From NCBI GenBank assembly GCA_965229885.1, contig CBDDJX010000002.1:423945-487944 (forward strand): a DNA stretch of 64,000 nucleotides. Direction: 5' to 3'. The notes beneath the pieces are model-generated. The model was not told where the DNA came from, ran no database searches, and was given only the letters and a program-made list of their open reading frames with translations. Shown in pieces: positions 42,564 to 53,274 of this stretch (positions are counted from its first letter, which is position 1; each line of letters opens with the position of its first letter). The translations under genes and the position numbers were made by a program. The stretch is from Vicinamibacterales bacterium. Lineage in GTDB: Bacteria; Acidobacteriota; Vicinamibacteria; Vicinamibacterales; CAVVIG01.

Positions 42564-43601
42564 TTATGGCGAGGGCTCGGAGTCGAGCAGCGCCAGCAAG
42601 GCCCATGCGGTCGTGGAAATCCGCTGCGCATAGCTCTCCTGCCCAGGCGGCCGCGTGGTCTCGACCCAGCCGCCGCCGTCGTCCTGGGAGGCGATGAGAT
42701 AACCGCGGCCGCGCTGAATCGCCTCGCGGAGTTCGGCCGTCGAGTACACGTCGCCCGCGAGTTCCGCTGCGGACACGCTCGACAACGCGAGCACCGCCAG
42801 GGCGGTATCGAAGGCCTCCGACTGGGATGTCACATACGGTCCCCAGCCCCCGTCCGGTCCCTGCCCCTCTTTGAGCAGTAGCAGGCACCGTGCGCGCTGC
42901 TCAGCGGCCGCCTGGTCGGCGCTCCTCTCGAGTCCGTACAACACCGAGGACGCGTCCAACACATTGGGCACGTCGAACGATCGTAACCAGGCGTCGGCAC
43001 GTGCGCGCGCCGCGCTGGCAGCGTCCGACCGCGCACGCGCGAGCACGCGACGAGCCGACGCGGTGGCGAGTGCCTGCCCATAGGAGGTGGCATTGCCGAG
43101 GATCTGCGACGGGTTGAGCTGCCACGATCCGTTTTCGTGCTGGTGGGGAAGGAGCAGCTCGGCAGCGCGGTCGAGTGCATCCTGACTCGCGCGGCCGGCA
43201 TCGGCCATCGAGACCAGCGCCCCAGCGAACTGGATTCTCGCCAGGGGCAACTCCTCGGATCCGCCCCGGCGTGCGCTCTGCTCCCAGCGCTCCGGCGTGG
43301 CGAGCCACGCGAGCGTGTCGTCGAGCGCGGTGCCGAACAGGTGGCCGTGCGAAGCCGCCGCAAGCAGCGCCCGCGCGGCATCCCCGTTGTTGTGGCAAGA
43401 GTAGCAAGGATGTTCTCTCCTCCATCGGGGGACCTCCGCTGCTAGGTAGGTGACAGCGCGGGCCGCGGGCGTCACGGGTGCTCCGGACTGTGCGGCCAGT
43501 GGCCAGGCGGCGGCGCCGACCCAGAGCAGGCCAAGGATGATCATCGCCCGCCCCGGGGTCCCGCGAAGGTGTGGCTCTGGGGCCGAAGTCTTTCCACGCA
43601 T
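42564..43601 (-). CDS. Exported prenyltransferase/squalene-cyclase-repeat protein with CxxCH motif
   Basis: Signal peptide; CYSCH; QW-type repeats QHENGSW, QGPDGGW, QDDGGGW. Confidence 0.72.
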   Translation of the reverse strand: MRGKTSAPEPHLRGTPGRAMIILGLLWVGAAAWPLAAQSGAPVTPAARAVTYLAAEVPRWRREHPCYSCHNNGDAARALLAAASHGHLFGTALDDTLAWLATPERWEQSARRGGSEELPLARIQFAGALVSMADAGRASQDALDRAAELLLPHQHENGSWQLNPSQILGNATSYGQALATASARRVLARARSDAASAARARADAWLRSFDVPNVLDASSVLYGLERSADQAAAEQRARCLLLLKEGQGPDGGWGPYVTSQSEAFDTALAVLALSSVSAAELAGDVYSTAELREAIQRGRGYLIASQDDGGGWVETTRPPGQESYAQRISTTAWALLALLDSEPSP

Positions 43602-43617
43602 CAGCGTCTCTCCGGAA

Positions 43618-44805
43618 CTAGAAGAACCAGCTCAGCGAGACAAACGCTGTGGTCCCCGCCGGGCCATACTCCGAAGGCACCGCGCGCGTCGCCGTGACCT
43701 CGCTGTCTCCGATCCCCAGAAAGATGCCCCCGATGATCGCTGCAGCGTCGCTCAGGGAGTACGCAACGGTTGGAGAGATCAGGGAGCTGCGGTCATTCAG
43801 GTTAAAGATCCACACGCCGGAGAGACTCCACAGCGGTCGCAACTGGTACGACACCTGGGCCGCGGTCTCATCCCGACCCAAGACCTGGAGCTCGCCCCGA
43901 CTGAACGAGTTCGACTGCAGGACACTCGGGTACTGGTCGACGTTGCCGGCGCCAAGACCATCTCGCTGGTACTCGACAACCACGTACAGGTCACGCTGCT
44001 TCACCTGGCTGAGGCGGTCGACGCCGATCGTGCCGCGAAAGGCTGCACCGTCATTCTGCTCACGGATCACAGTTTCCCCGCGCACGGCCCACGTTCCAAG
44101 TGAGCCGGCTGCAGCGAACGCGCCCGCGATGTCCCCGTAGAGTGTCCCGCCCCACCCGGACATCTCCCAGCTGTGCCAGGTCGTCAGCCCTCGTCCGAGC
44201 GCAGTGAGCTCTCGTCCCACTGCCGTGTCGGTCGGTCGCACGACGAAATCTATCTCGCTCAGGGGGCCTGGATACATTCGCAGCCGAGCGGCGTCCACGC
44301 CGGCCCGAAACTCTCGAAACGGATCGGCGGGACTGAACGGGACGAACGGGTCGGCCGGCGTCAGCAACAGCGTCGTGCCCCACGACACCGCTTGGCGGCC
44401 TGCCGTCACGTCCACTCCTGCCACTGGTGACCAGCTCACCTGGAGGCGATCGAAACGGTGTTGCCACAACACATGATCATCGTCAGCGAGGGTCCACTGG
44501 AGATCGAGCGCCTCGCCGCCACTCGGCACCGCTCCGACAGCGATTCCCGTCGCGACGTTCCCCCGACGGAAGGTGGCCACATGCTCATACGCGGCGCCGA
44601 TAGACACCGGACCCACCGGCTGCTCGACGGTGAGCCGAACACGGTTGAAGCTCTGCAGGTCGCCGCCGCTCACCGGAGTCGCATCGGACCACAGCGGTAC
44701 GGTCTGCAGGTATGCCGTGATCGGGCCTTGCTGGGCCTCGACCGACTGGCCGCCAACGAGAAACAGGAGTCCCAGGCCCAGGAGGCGCGGCGTGGCACCC
44801 CTCAC
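43618..44805 (-). CDS. Outer-membrane beta-barrel protein
   Basis: Signal peptide, GRQAVSWG, GVDAAR, C-terminal LSWFF. Confidence 0.7.
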   Translation of the reverse strand: MRGATPRLLGLGLLFLVGGQSVEAQQGPITAYLQTVPLWSDATPVSGGDLQSFNRVRLTVEQPVGPVSIGAAYEHVATFRRGNVATGIAVGAVPSGGEALDLQWTLADDDHVLWQHRFDRLQVSWSPVAGVDVTAGRQAVSWGTTLLLTPADPFVPFSPADPFREFRAGVDAARLRMYPGPLSEIDFVVRPTDTAVGRELTALGRGLTTWHSWEMSGWGGTLYGDIAGAFAAAGSLGTWAVRGETVIREQNDGAAFRGTIGVDRLSQVKQRDLYVVVEYQRDGLGAGNVDQYPSVLQSNSFSRGELQVLGRDETAAQVSYQLRPLWSLSGVWIFNLNDRSSLISPTVAYSLSDAAAIIGGIFLGIGDSEVTATRAVPSEYGPAGTTAFVSLSWFF

Positions 44806-45503
44806 CGGCGCGTCTCGTCCGAGTCGATGGCGCCATCCACCATGCGGACAAGCCGGCGGGAGCGCTCCATCACTCGCGAGTCGTGCGTCGCGAAAACGAA
44901 GGTGACACCAAGCTCCTGATTCAGCTCATACATCACGTTCAGTAGCGCCTCGCTGGTAGAGGAGTCGAGGTTGGCCGTCGGCTCATCGGCCAGTACCAGC
45001 GCCGGTTTGCTCGCGACGGCCCGAATGACTGCCACGCGCTGCTGCTGTCCGCCAGACAACTTTCCGGGCCGTCGCTCCTCAAGCCCAGTCAACCCAGTCT
45101 TCTCGAAGAGTTCACACACCCGACGCCGGCGGTCCTCAGGTGGAACTCCCTGTAGCAGCATCGGAAACTCGGCGTTCTCCATCGCGGTCAACACTGGCAG
45201 CAGGTTGTATGCCTGAAAGACGAACCCAATCTTCTCCAACCTGAGCTGGGCCAATTCTCGATTCGACATCTCCGTGAGATCTCGACCTGTTACCAAGACG
45301 CGCCCGTTGGTGGCACGGGTCAGGCCCCCGAACAGATTGAGTAACGTCGTCTTGCCTGAGCCCGAGGGCCCCGCCAAGGCGGTGAACTCACCGGGCGCAA
45401 TCACGAGGCTGACGTCGCGCACCGCGTGCACCTCCTCGGCCACCTGGTGGAAGGTCTTCCAGACGGCTTCGGTGCGAACGGCAGGAACTGCCGGCTCGGT
45501 CAT
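44802..45503 (-). CDS. LolD/MacB-type ABC ATP-binding protein
   Basis: [31 protein letters not shown]. Confidence 0.92.
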   Translation of the reverse strand: MTEPAVPAVRTEAVWKTFHQVAEEVHAVRDVSLVIAPGEFTALAGPSGSGKTTLLNLFGGLTRATNGRVLVTGRDLTEMSNRELAQLRLEKIGFVFQAYNLLPVLTAMENAEFPMLLQGVPPEDRRRRVCELFEKTGLTGLEERRPGKLSGGQQQRVAVIRAVASKPALVLADEPTANLDSSTSEALLNVMYELNQELGVTFVFATHDSRVMERSRRLVRMVDGAIDSDETRR

Positions 45504-45513
45504 TGGGGGAGTC

Positions 45514-46788
45514 CTATCGCTCGAACTTCATCGACTCGCTGACGTCGATCGTCGCGGCGCGAATCGCTGGGTAGATGGACGCGATCCCGCCGACTGCCAA
45601 GATAAAGAGCAGAGCCTGCACGACACGCGCGACGCGGAACAGCGGAACGATGACTGGATCGATGACCACGCCGGAGAAGGTCATCTCGTTGCTCATCATC
45701 GACGAGAAATCGAGGCCGTCCCCCCAGAAGTACCACGTGACGAACACACCCAGACCAATGGCCAGCACCGCGCTCGTCGCCGTCAACACCAGCCCCTCGA
45801 CGAGCACCAGGGCCCCGGTCTGACGCGGTGTCAGCCCAAGTGCCTGCAGGAGCCCGAACTCGCGATGTCGATGGAGCACGGACATCAGCACGGTATTGAC
45901 GATGCCGAATCCGATGATGACGAAAAGGATCCCGTAGATCAGGTAGTTTCCGAAGTCGTCGATGGCCACCGCCGCGTTGAGCTCAGGCATCGCTTCGCGC
46001 CAGTCAATCACGCGAAGGATGCCGCCGTCGATCGGCTCCGCGAGCCTCGTGCGCAGCTGCGAGGTAAGGCGGGCCACGTCGTCGCTCTCCGCCACCAGTA
46101 CGCCGACATTCGTCACATCCCGTCCCGACCCCAGCCATGCGCCCGCCGTGTCAAGCGGCACGTGGACGAGCGCCTGATCGATAGCTGGCACACCCGAGCG
46201 AAACACGCCGACAACGCGCACGAGCTGCCCGGCGATCTCTTTGTTCACATCCTGCGCGGTCACGACCAGGCGCGAGCCGACTCGAAGGTCAAGACTCTCG
46301 ACTAAGTCCACGCCGACATACGCGGCCAAGCCATCGCCCGGTTCCAAATAGCGCCCCTCCACGACCTGGTCGTCAAGGGTGCTGAACTCGGCCTCCGCCA
46401 GCGGATCGACCCCGAGCACCTGCACTGGCCGTGCGCCAGCCGCCGAGCTGGCGAGCCCCCGGACGATCATCTTGGCGGACACGACGGTGACAAGGTCAGC
46501 GACGCCAGGTTCTTGCAGGGCGCCCTCGACGGCTGCCCTCGCATCAGCGGACAGCCGATCTTCAATCTTTCGGCTGACTTGAAAATCAGGGCTCTCGATC
46601 GTGACGTGTCCTGTTCCCATTCGCACGCCGGAGTCGATCCAGGACTCGTGCATGGCGTCCCCGAGGCTCAGGGAGAACATCAGCAGGGAGCCGCCGACCA
46701 GTATCGCGAGGGCTGTCAGTAGCGTGCGGCGGAGATGCCTCCGAAGATTGCGCAACGCCAGGAGACTGATGACCCCGATGTGTTGCAT
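45514..46788 (-). CDS. LolC/E (FtsX-like) ABC permease
   Basis: LRNLRRHLRRTLLT, NTVLMSVLHRHREFGLLQALG. Confidence 0.88.
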   Translation of the reverse strand: MQHIGVISLLALRNLRRHLRRTLLTALAILVGGSLLMFSLSLGDAMHESWIDSGVRMGTGHVTIESPDFQVSRKIEDRLSADARAAVEGALQEPGVADLVTVVSAKMIVRGLASSAAGARPVQVLGVDPLAEAEFSTLDDQVVEGRYLEPGDGLAAYVGVDLVESLDLRVGSRLVVTAQDVNKEIAGQLVRVVGVFRSGVPAIDQALVHVPLDTAGAWLGSGRDVTNVGVLVAESDDVARLTSQLRTRLAEPIDGGILRVIDWREAMPELNAAVAIDDFGNYLIYGILFVIIGFGIVNTVLMSVLHRHREFGLLQALGLTPRQTGALVLVEGLVLTATSAVLAIGLGVFVTWYFWGDGLDFSSMMSNEMTFSGVVIDPVIVPLFRVARVVQALLFILAVGGIASIYPAIRAATIDVSESMKFER

Positions 46789-46798
46789 GAGTGGCCCG

Positions 46799-48058
46799 CT
46801 AGAGTCCCGATAGGGTGTCGGCTGGCGGTGCCTGTGACGCACGCAGCGCCGGATAAAGTGCCGCCAGCACGGCAGTCGCGATGAGAGCCAGCGCAGCCTG
46901 AAGCCACACCACGAAGTTGTATTCCACGCGAAGCGTGGGTCGCATCAGCGTGCCAAACGCCGAAAGCTCCCCGTACAGCCAGCTCATGTCCGGAGGAGCC
47001 GTGTGCCACCACACCATCAGCGGAAACGTCACCGCGCTGCCGATGACGAGGCTCAGGAAGCCCATCGCGACCGCCTCAGCGATCACGATCAGCATGACCA
47101 TCATCGGCGTCGTGCCCAGGGCCAGCATCACCGCGAACTCTCGCCGTCGCTCGTAGGTGGCCATCAGCATCGTGTTCGCCACCCCGAACATCGCGACCGT
47201 GAAGACGATGAAGAAGATGATGACATGGAAAGAGTCAGCGAGTGACGTGTACTCGAGCATCTCAGGTCGAAGCTCGGTCCAGGAAGCGACTTCCAGATCG
47301 AGGCCCGCCGCTGCCAGGGCAGCCGTCAGATGAACCGCCGTGTCGTCCGCCAGCCAGGGGTCGGCGGTGGCCACCGACACCTCGTGAATGCGTCCGGGGC
47401 CAAGGGCAACCAGTGACTGCAAGTCCTCGATGGGGAGGACCACGAACGTCGTATCGAGCTCCGCCAGCCCCGTCCGAAAGATTCCCGTGACCCGGAACAC
47501 ATCGTTACCCATTGAACCGTCGGCCCCCGGCGCGACGACGACAACCTCGTCTCCGACGTCAACCGCCAACTGACGTGCCATCTCGGTACCGAGGACCAAC
47601 TCGTGACGTCCAGGTGTAGGGAGACTGCCGTCGCTCAATTCATCGAGGAACCGACTCAGACGAGGTTCGAGTTCGGGATCGATCCCCATCAGCATTCCGG
47701 CCGCCGTCGATTCTCCGGAGCTGACGAGACCGCCTGCGTAGACCCGGGGAGCGGCCGCCACCACGGCCGGGTCGCTTGAGACGGTCCGGAGGAGCTGCGA
47801 GATGTCCGCGCCATCGCGGCCGCCGATCGTCTCGTACAGGCTGCGCTCGGGACGGTAGTCGCGCGCGTGAATCTCAATCTGTCCGCTGACAAGCCCGGTG
47901 GCGTTCTCGACCATCTCGGCCGTGATTCCGTCCGTCCACCCCACGATGACGACGACGGCAAAGTAGCCCGCGCCAAGTCCCAGCGCGGTGAGGACGGTCC
48001 GTTTCCGGTGACGCCCCAGATTGCGCCAGCCAATCCGGATCCAGGGACTCGCCGTCAT
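46799..48058 (-). CDS. LolC/E (FtsX-like) ABC permease
   Basis: WRNLGRHRKRTVLT, NTMLMATYERRREFAVMLALG. Confidence 0.88.
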   Translation of the reverse strand: MTASPWIRIGWRNLGRHRKRTVLTALGLGAGYFAVVVIVGWTDGITAEMVENATGLVSGQIEIHARDYRPERSLYETIGGRDGADISQLLRTVSSDPAVVAAAPRVYAGGLVSSGESTAAGMLMGIDPELEPRLSRFLDELSDGSLPTPGRHELVLGTEMARQLAVDVGDEVVVVAPGADGSMGNDVFRVTGIFRTGLAELDTTFVVLPIEDLQSLVALGPGRIHEVSVATADPWLADDTAVHLTAALAAAGLDLEVASWTELRPEMLEYTSLADSFHVIIFFIVFTVAMFGVANTMLMATYERRREFAVMLALGTTPMMVMLIVIAEAVAMGFLSLVIGSAVTFPLMVWWHTAPPDMSWLYGELSAFGTLMRPTLRVEYNFVVWLQAALALIATAVLAALYPALRASQAPPADTLSGL

Positions 48059-48064
48059 TGGTGA

Positions 48065-48820
48065 CTATCTCTGACGCTTGAGATTCTGCAAGGAGAAGAA
48101 GGACCGATCGATCTCGATGTCGAAGTTCAGCTCCTCATAGCGGATAGTCGTGCGCTCACCTGGCTTGTCTTCGGGGTACATCTGCATCACCGACGGCACG
48201 GTTCGGCCACCCAGGTTCTTGAACTCGGCGTAGCGCATCGTGCGAGCCAGGCCACCGTCTTCGTCGTAGTACCGCGCCCAGATCGGCATCGTATCGCGCT
48301 GGCGCACCTGGAACTCGACGTGACCCCAGACCACGGCCGCTTCGGCCTTCGGCGTCAGCCGGAACTCCCAGACGGCGATGCCTTCACGCTCGCCGTCGAA
48401 GGCGATGGCAATATCGTAGTCGTCGACGATCTGACTCTCTTTGACAAGATCGTCGTTCGTCAGGTGGGAACCCATCCAGGAGCCGGCCATCATGGAAACG
48501 GGAACTTTGATCGTGCGGTCAATGTTCGGCAGATAGTTCCAGATGTTTTCGTCGGCCATCAGGGTGGCCGTCCCCGCTTCCTTCGCGGGCGACTGGATCC
48601 GGACGAGCGAGTAGTCAGTCCCGAGCGACCACAACTCCATCGTGATGCGTCGCTCCCAGTGCTCGGTCACGACCTCCATGGTCGCGACGCCATGGCTGGA
48701 GTCGCCGCGCAGGAGCCGATCCACCCGTTCCATGATGTCGCGCGCCGCCCCCTGGGCGAAGGAGGGCGTGACCCACAACGCAGCGGCGACCACCACCGCG
48801 CTCGTCCTCATCACGTGCAT
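48065..48820 (-). CDS. LolA-like outer-membrane lipoprotein-sorting protein
   Basis: Signal peptide, SPAKEAGT, WNYLP, SWMGSHLTNDDL, FSLQNL. Confidence 0.85.
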   Translation of the reverse strand: MHVMRTSAVVVAAALWVTPSFAQGAARDIMERVDRLLRGDSSHGVATMEVVTEHWERRITMELWSLGTDYSLVRIQSPAKEAGTATLMADENIWNYLPNIDRTIKVPVSMMAGSWMGSHLTNDDLVKESQIVDDYDIAIAFDGEREGIAVWEFRLTPKAEAAVVWGHVEFQVRQRDTMPIWARYYDEDGGLARTMRYAEFKNLGGRTVPSVMQMYPEDKPGERTTIRYEELNFDIEIDRSFFSLQNLKRQR

Positions 48821-49112
48821 TGTGCCCCCCTAGGCCCGCTGGGTCAGTCGGTGGATCCCCAAGTCGATAGGCCGTATTAGGGCTGTCGCGTTAACCGACC
48901 GCCCGCTATGGGCCACCCGGCCGGCCGGTCGCAAGCCCCCAGGACACGACGCGGATGAGCACCACGGTCACAGGGCGGATTATGAGGGACGTTCGGGCTT
49001 TGGTCAACGCGGACCGGCAGAGGGACGCCGACGTGCACTGGAGGCGGTGTGTGACAGCACCTGCTCGGCGTCCGAGGCGGCCGTCACGATTTCCGATGGG
49101 GTCATGGAGCGG

Positions 49113-49380
49113 CTAGCGGCTCCAGCTTTGTAATGCGCGGATGTAGTTCGCGCGCTCGAACGCGGCCGGATCCTTCGTTTGCTTGAGGCTCGCACGGCCC
49201 CTGACGTCGTCCAGACTCGTCACCTTGTGCCACTCCATCCAGTGCTCGAGGCCCAAACGCATGGCGGACACGTACGCCGGGCCGTGCCGCAAGAGCGCCG
49301 AGACCATCTGCACGGCGTCGGCGAGCACCGCTTTGATGCCGTCGTTCGGTGCAGCGACGCCGCCGGTGACGGCGAGCGAA
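49113..49380 (-). pseudogene. C-terminal remnant of a dihydroorotate-dehydrogenase-like protein, cut by an IS
   Basis: SLAVTGGV..DAVQMVSALLRHG..FERANYI; junction is the IS end at 49381. Confidence 0.75.
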
Positions 49381-51238
49381 TGAGCTTGATCCGGTTTCGT
49401 GGACACAATCCGAAAGGTGGATACGATGTCCAGAAGGGGATCACGCAGAGCGGGACGACGCGCGCGACGACAGTTCACGGAGGAGTTCATGGCCGGCGCG
49501 GTCCGGCTCGTGTTGGATGAGGGCAAGACGATCGGTGCCGGCTCGCGCGACCTGGTTCTGATGCCGTCATCGCTGGCGCATTGGGTCCGACACGCCCAAG
49601 CCGATCGGACGAAAGGCAAGACCGGCCTGACGCCGGCGGAGCGGGAGGAGCTGGCACGGCTCCGCAAAGCGAATCGGATCCTCGCCGAGGAGCGCGACAT
49701 CCTGAAACAAGCGGCGGCCTTCTTCGCGAAGCAGAGCCGATGAGGTGTACCTTCATCGCGGCGAAGAAGGCCGAGCATACGGTGAGCATTCTCTGTCGAT
49801 GTCTGCGCGTGACGCGCAGCGGCTTCTACGCCTGGCAGCGTCGTCCGGAATCGACGCACACCCGTGATGATCGTCGGCTGACCGTGCTGGTGCGGGCCTC
49901 GTTCGAGGAGAGTACGCAGCGGTACGGCAGCCCGCGCATTCACGAGGATCTGATCGAGCAGGACGAGCACGTCAGCCGCAAACGGGTCGTGCGATTGATG
50001 CAGGAAGACGGCCTGCAGGCGCGGCGCCGGAAGCGCTACAAGCTGACAACCATGAGTGATCACGCCCAACCGGTCGCGGCGAATCTACTGGACCGCCAGT
50101 GCGAGGCGGACGCGCCGAATCAGCGGTGGGTCGGCGACACGACCGAGTTCGTCATCGGCAGCAGCGGCAAGCTCTACCTCGCGGCGATCCTAGATCTGTT
50201 CTCGCGGTGCATCGTGGGCTGGGCCGTCAGCGCCGTGAACGACCGTCATGTGACGATCACCGCCCTGGAGGCGGCGCTCACGCGCCGGTGCCCCGAGATC
50301 GGCCTGCTCCAGCACTCCGACCAGGGCTCGACATACGCGAGCGAGGATGATCAGGACGTCCTCGAGGCGCGCGGCATCGTGTGCAGCATGAGCCGGCGGG
50401 GCAACTGCCACGATAACGCGGTGGAAATGGAAAGCTGCTTCTCGACGAGGTGTTCTCTCAAAGCGGAACTCGCCGGTCGCTTCGACAGCTGCAGCGAGGC
50501 CAAGCGGGAGTTGTTCGCTTACATCGAGGTGTTCTCTAACCAACGTCGCCGGCACTCGACGATCGGCCAGATCCCCGGCAAGCCGTACTCTTGGAAGAGG
50601 CGGAGGAAGAGCGGGCAGCCGTAACGATCGCGGTCGAGAGCAGGCCGTCCGGCGCTTCTTCCACCTGAAGCCGCTGTTGCGACTGACGAGGCGACTTCGA
50701 ACGGGGTATTCCAGCGAGCGTGCGCGGCAGCGTCCGCGGTGACGGCGTAGACGGAGCAGGCGTTTCTTGGTCCAATGCTTCGTGCGGGCGTTCGTCGTTG
50801 TACTCGTGACGAAACCGAACCGGATCTGTTGGTCGCGCAGATTGGCGCTCGGGGGACGCGTGGCATCGGGATCAGCGGCCGATGCATCCGCTCATGGCGC
50901 CCGTTCTGCTGCGGGCACGCGGGGGCGATCAGTTCCGGGAGGATCCCGAGCCGAATCCACCAGACGGACAACGTGGACAGGCGACCGAGCGCGGTAGTGG
51001 CGAAGGGCACGCCATTGTCGGCGGATGATCCCCAGCAAGCCGTACTCTTGGAAGAGGCCGAGGAAGTGTCGGGCGGCGTACGAGCGGCGCGCGCGGGCAG
51101 AGGGCAGGGACGCCATGGCAAACCGCACAGGACGCGGTTTCCCACAGCGCCCACACCCGTCGCTCTTGTCTGGAAATGAGGAACGAAGAGCCACTCAAAC
51201 AGCGTAGTGAACCTGTCCACCAGATCGGATCAGGCTCA
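49381..51238 (+). mobile_element. IS3-family element (orfA 49426-49743, orfB from 49740), interrupted by foreign transposase fragments
   Basis: IRs TGAGCTTGATCCGGTTTCGTGGACA / revcomp TGAGCCTGATCCGATCTGGTGGACA; WVGDTT, HSDQGS, GNCHDNA; no TSD. Confidence 0.88.
50570..51075 (-). mobile_element. IS481-like transposase fragments nested in the IS3 element
   Basis: LFQEYGL, DNGVPF, WWIRLGI, PQQNGRHERMHR; about 40-bp direct repeat at 50570 and 51027. Confidence 0.7.
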
Positions 51239-51340
51239 GTGACTCGGGCATTGCCGCCCGAGGCCGCATGACGCTAAGACAGCAGCGCGCATCATTTTTG
51301 CGGACCACACGACGCGTGCTATCAGCACTTGGGGCCGCAG

Positions 51341-51739
51341 CTATCTCACATCTTCTCGAGCGATCAAAGCCTCCACTCGAGCGCGAATGTCGTCGCGAAT
51401 GGCGCGAATGCGTTCGATCGGCTTGCCCTTCGGGTCTTCGAACGGCCAGTCGTCGCACCGTACCCCTGGCACATACGGACACTCGTCGCCACAACCCATC
51501 GTAATCAGCAGCTGCACCTGAGCGGCGAGTTCAGTGGTGAGCTTCTGAGGGTGGGCACCACTCAAGTCGATCCCCTCTTCCTGCATGACCATGACGACCT
51601 CGGGATGAACTCGGTCGCCAGGCACCGTTCCTGCGGAGAAGGCTCGTCCCTTGGTGGGGTCCGCCAGCTTGTTGAATAGCGCCGCGGCAATCTGGGAGCG
51701 GCCGGCGTTATGAACACACGCAAAAGCCACAGTCTTCAT
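51341..51739 (-). CDS. arsC: Arsenate reductase, LMW-PTP fold
   Basis: CVHNAGRSQ P-loop, TMGCGDECP, WPFEDP. Confidence 0.9.
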   Translation of the reverse strand: MKTVAFACVHNAGRSQIAAALFNKLADPTKGRAFSAGTVPGDRVHPEVVMVMQEEGIDLSGAHPQKLTTELAAQVQLLITMGCGDECPYVPGVRCDDWPFEDPKGKPIERIRAIRDDIRARVEALIAREDVR

Positions 51740-51794
51740 TCGTTCTGCCTTCAGACGTCGCGAATATTCGCCGTCCTTCTGAGGTCCCGCGGTG

Positions 51795-52484
51795 TCAAAC
51801 ACTCGACTGATCGGTGCCAAGTCGCGCTACGAGCCACGCGTGGGTGCGACGCGGTCTCAGCGCCCTCTCAGCCGATGGTTCGAGAACGCGCCTCAGATCA
51901 TCTACGGAGTCGATGTCGTACCACGAAGGAATTAGCGTGACAGAGAGTCGGTGCACCTCGGCCGCGGACAGGGTCGCTGCCAGGACGTCGGGGGTGCTCC
52001 ACGGGATTCCGTGAAAGATCTCTGGATGGTTCGTGCGAAGACTAACCAGGTAGTAGCCTCCGTCCATGGAGGGACCGAGGACAAGGGGATCGCCCTCGCG
52101 CCTGAGCACAGCGATCCCCTGTTCGACGTGCTCGGCCGGCAACGTGGGCAGATCCGATCCAATGATTGTCACCGCGGAGCACCCCAGGGCAAAGATGTCC
52201 GCGAACGCGTGCTCGAGCCGTTCGCCGAGATCGTCTCCGCGCTGGGGCAACACGCGGAACTTGCCGCCGGCAAGCTGAGCGATCTCGGCGCCCCCCGATT
52301 CGGGCGCGAACACCAACAGGCGCTCAACGCCTGGCACGCTTTGCGCTATGTCCAGCGTGTCAAGCAGAATGGCGCACCGCAAGTCCGTTCCGTCGTCCAC
52401 GCCAAGCGACTTCAGTAGTCGTTTCTTGCCGCGCGCGTCTGACGGCGCTCGCGCCATCACGGCCAGGGCGACTCGATCACTCAT
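51795..52484 (-). CDS. DUF2064/TIGR04282-type transferase (arsenosugar-cluster-associated family)
   Basis: QRGDDLGERL, IGSDLPTL, LGPSMDGGYYL, IPWST, DIDSVDDL. Confidence 0.87.
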   Translation of the reverse strand: MSDRVALAVMARAPSDARGKKRLLKSLGVDDGTDLRCAILLDTLDIAQSVPGVERLLVFAPESGGAEIAQLAGGKFRVLPQRGDDLGERLEHAFADIFALGCSAVTIIGSDLPTLPAEHVEQGIAVLRREGDPLVLGPSMDGGYYLVSLRTNHPEIFHGIPWSTPDVLAATLSAAEVHRLSVTLIPSWYDIDSVDDLRRVLEPSAERALRPRRTHAWLVARLGTDQSSV

Positions 52485-53244
52485 CGATCGTCCCTGGCTC
52501 CGAGGCTCGTCTGCCACTGGCTGTCGAACCACGAGACGTCCGATAGCGTTGCGCCAACCACTCGGGAGATACGCCGAGAAAAAAGAGAACGACAAGCAGT
52601 AGGTTCTCCGAACTCCGGCGCAGCCATCCATCAGCCTCCCAACGGCGTGCCGACGTCACGGCCGGAAGCGCCGAATGGTACAGGCGACCCGCTCTTCGCA
52701 GGCGTCGCACTAAGTCGACATCCTCCATCAGCGGGAGCTCGCGATATCCGCCGAGCGCGACAAACACATCGCGCCGCGCGAATAGCGCCTGATCGCCGTA
52801 CGGCAACTGGAACCATCGCACGCGAGCCGCGACGCCACGCTCGATCACCCGGGCCCAGCGACTCGAGGAGTCGAGCTGGAACCTGAAGCTCCCGCCAATC
52901 ACCGGCCGAGCCGCCGAAATCCTCGTCAGCTCCTCGAGCCATCCCGCGGGAAGCCGCGTGTCAGCGTGGAGGAATAGCAGCCAAGTGCCCGTCGCGCCCG
53001 ATGCGCCGACGTTCATCTGTCGACCGCGGCCTGGAAGCGACGCAACCCAACGTACCCGCGGCGCGGTACGTTGAAGTTCCTCAATCGCCGGTGTGTGCGG
53101 GCTTCCGTTGACGGCGATGATCTCCACGCTCGCGTGGTGACCGATCGATGCGAACGCCCGCTCCAGGCACTTCGTATCGTCGAGGACCGGCATGATCACG
53201 GACACGAAAGGCACGCGGCTATCGTCCATCGCCAGATGATTCAA
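52477..53244 (-). CDS. GT2 glycosyltransferase, TIGR04283-type
   Basis: GRGRQMNVGA, LLFLHADT, PYGDQALF, PLMED, TSARRW. Confidence 0.88.
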   Translation of the reverse strand: MNHLAMDDSRVPFVSVIMPVLDDTKCLERAFASIGHHASVEIIAVNGSPHTPAIEELQRTAPRVRWVASLPGRGRQMNVGASGATGTWLLFLHADTRLPAGWLEELTRISAARPVIGGSFRFQLDSSSRWARVIERGVAARVRWFQLPYGDQALFARRDVFVALGGYRELPLMEDVDLVRRLRRAGRLYHSALPAVTSARRWEADGWLRRSSENLLLVVLFFLGVSPEWLAQRYRTSRGSTASGRRASEPGTIDE

Positions 53245-53274
53245 GCACGAGACGGGTCACCTGGCGCAATGTGC

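Noticed and set aside
49113-50069. 318-aa ORF as an intact gene
   Set aside because: Antisense IS3 sequence fused to the DHODH-like remnant.
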